From: Antedon mediterranea | Taxonomy: Eukaryota > Animalia > Echinodermata | Length of the DNA: 64,000 bases | Assembly: GCF_964355755.1 (NCBI RefSeq) | Contig: NC_092677.1 | Coordinates: forward strand, 7,462,101 to 7,526,100 | Direction of reading: 5' to 3' | Shown: positions 61,326 through 64,000 of the stretch, piece after piece | Position numbering within the stretch: position 1 is the first letter of the stretch | How the letters are laid out: every line of letters starts with the position of its first letter | Notes under the pieces: model-generated | The model's database searches: none | What the model saw: the letters and a program-made list of their open reading frames with translations, nothing else | What the model was told of the DNA's origin: nothing | Program-made: the position numbers and the translations under genes

Positions 61326-64000
61326 TCAAACCAGACTAGCCTAGGCATAGGCCTATAGCCCATATGATGATTTTTTGCATTTTCTGTAGTATAGCCAGCA
61401 GGCAAATGTTACTTTTATTAAATAGCAAGATCGTATCATAAAATAGCTAGGCTAGTATCCCGCCGTTTCCAGTGTATTTCAATTTTCATTTTATTTTCCA
61501 AAGAAAATTCGTGATTTTACATCATTTGCCGTCTCTGACTTTAGTATTAGCCCCGCAAAAAAAGTTAGTTCATTTTAGTTACACTGCGCACGTGTTGCTT
61601 TTCGTAGGGGACATTCGTCACTGGTGTGTGGTATGCTTATTCTAGGCCTGCTTACATAGGGAGTTCTAATTAAGAACTCCTTGCTTACTTGATCCTTCTT
61701 GCGTAGGTCTCCTCTTTGTGACCATCACTCTTTTTACACGATAAAAGGGAATTTCCAAAAGCGACCAGTCCATCATTTTTACGGACCTCAAACCAGCAAT
61801 TAACGTCGCTAAACCAAATGGTTTCTTTTATTAAACAAATCAATTTGTATGTAAAAAAATATAGTTAATAAAAAAACAATATTTAATAGTAGGCCTAAAT
61901 AATGTGTAATAATTGGAGAAAGAGATTCTTCACTTCTGTCTTTGATGATTCTTTTCCCCGAAAAATGTCAACCATTTTGGTTACTAAAATACAGTGGTTA
62001 AACATGTTCTGTCATCTTTCCAGCTGCTGCTCTTCTAGTATAGCCAAAGAATATGGTATAGCCATAGCGTGTGTGGCAGCCCTTTGTAAACACAGCCATT
62101 GACAATCAAATAACCCTTTTTAAGGCACAATATTAACTTTAAAATGATTGTATTTTATTATCAAGATTTTGTTGACTATTTTGCTATATTTTGTTATATT
62201 TGTACTGTATTAGTCAAATACATGTAAATAACTCCACATTTTCTGTCCGATTTTTTAGGCCTAGCTAGGCTATCCCCTACCTACTTTAGCTAGCCCAGCC
62301 AGGTCAAGTAGACAAGGAGACGTGATGGACTGAAACATGCCAGGTGTGTGTAGGGCACAGTCATGTCGGACAGCAACAGTTTGGTATGATGCCGTGGTGC
62401 GGTGTACAGTATCAGGCATATTTTCTACCAAACATCCTGATATTTTCAATAACACTAATTTACAAGCATCTAGCGCAGGGGCAGACCCATGGGTGTTGCC
62501 TTAGTGGCCCGGGCAACGCCCTTAATTTCATACTAAATGTTGTTTCTGTCACTAAATTAAAATTGAGTCCCATTTCTTCGTATACAATATCCATCCATAT
62601 TTATACGTTATAGAAGTCCAGTCTGAAAGAGAATATTTGTAAATTGGCACAGCAGTCACCAATAGGCCTACTATACCACGCACAGATAAAAGTAGATAAG
62701 TTTCTGAGCATACGCAGAACAAATTTCTGATTGAATAGTTTCTTGTGGTGCGCGTGTCAGAGAGCAGGGAGACGTAGGATGTATCTCTCTCTTGATGAGA
62801 GGTACGAAAGGAGGCCAACACACACTGTGTTCGGGAAAAACCCGTCATATGGGTCGTCAATTTGTTCATAATTATTGCGTTTTTCCATAATTTAAGGCCA
62901 AATCATAGTTTTGCGTATAGTTTTATTTTTCCGTGTAGTACCCAGTTTATCTTCATTTTCGTATACGTCCGTAATATGAGGCCGAATTTCAGAATTAACC
63001 GCGCCGGTAGCTGAGTAAACTCGAAACTTGATAGACTTAGTCATAAAGTAGTTACAGAGTTTTACGGCAATTTATCATTGTTCAATGTTTTGTTGTTAGC
63101 TTATTGTTAAGAAGTAAGTCTGGCGCCAACGAATTTAGCGACCTTCACAACCAAAATGTTTCTTTGTAACAAAAATTATTTTAAATGGAACGCTACAAAA
63201 ACAATCCTCCGCTTCATCAGTGCATGAATACCAGACAAGATCGTATCTTTGTTACGTTTTACATCAATCCATTTTGATATCACGTAATCCATTTTCAACA
63301 ATATAGTAGTATGTATAATAACACTTTGATTGAATAGTGAGGGATTAGTTACAGTGTTGACCTATAAACCATTGGTAATTTACTGAAAATCCAAAATGAA
63401 CTTGTGTTATAATACAAGCAATAAAAACTATCACAGATTTCCTCTAATGGATCAAGCATTCACATATGAACTTTGCGACAAAACAAAAATATAGCTTATA
63501 TTCATTCCTTTTAAATATTAGGCATATTACCGAGGCTGATAATCGATTTGTCCATAATTATTGCGTTTTGCCGGGGTTTTTTCATAATTTAAGGCCAATT
63601 TTTAGGCCAAATCATAATTGTGCGTATAGTTTTTTTTCCGATGCGTGTAGTACCCTATTTATCTTTGCTTCCTTCTGCAAATGTCATATCATAATTTTCT
63701 TTGTTTTATTTTGGGTGTGTGGTTTAAGCAACACTTTTTTAAAGATTATAGTGGATAAATGAAAAATGAATTTTTAAAATTGTGGTTTTAACATCTGACT
63801 TTATTTAGCATTTACTTGAAAATAACACAATTTAACGTTTTGCGCAATATATTTATAGCAGCAGCTTCATATTTTTTGTATAACTTTTTAAAATGATTAA
63901 TTGCTAATAAATTTACAATAATTGAGTACAGTTATTAGAATGTAATACCGTACCAGAAGTACTTTCATCGGAAACTTCCCCGTGACGTTCGCATTGAACG

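Noticed and set aside
60350-64000. SLC17 first coding exon or additional genes among short ORFs
   Set aside because: No SLC17 TM1 motif could be recognised. The region holds TE termini and a local duplication (about 62865 vs 63550), so it is most likely intron.

Overview
AT-rich eukaryotic genomic DNA with spliceosomal introns; probably a marine invertebrate, which is inferred from the transposon content. Two host genes converge. On + is a 10-exon histidine acid phosphatase (ACP2/ACP3-like, 12689-29498). On - are the 3' eight exons of an SLC17/sialin-like MFS transporter (60274-56880). Most of the remainder is nested transposable elements. These include a young Gmr1-type Ty3/Gypsy LTR retrotransposon (676-10931) whose integrase is split by an intact two-gene PIF/Harbinger transposon (3485-7765), and a second, broken Harbinger. 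Non-autonomous elements include four Tourist-like MITE copies, an IS3EU-like foldback, hAT, Tc1/pogo and MULE-like elements, a Helentron, three Academ-like long-TIR elements and a family that targets CCNGG. There is also a TRIM-like mini LTR element with mismatched LTRs, three LINE fragments (Rex/Babar, RTE, CR1/L2) and several tandem arrays. The most notable observations are: the Harbinger acting as a potential excision switch for the retrotransposon; recurrent TA>TAGGCCTA micro-insertions; a transposon terminus that appears to supply the phosphatase cytoplasmic tail; six tandem copies of one exon's splice acceptor, five carrying TTAGGG tracts; and a hairpin array. No prokaryotic system or CRISPR array was found. 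All calls were made by eye.
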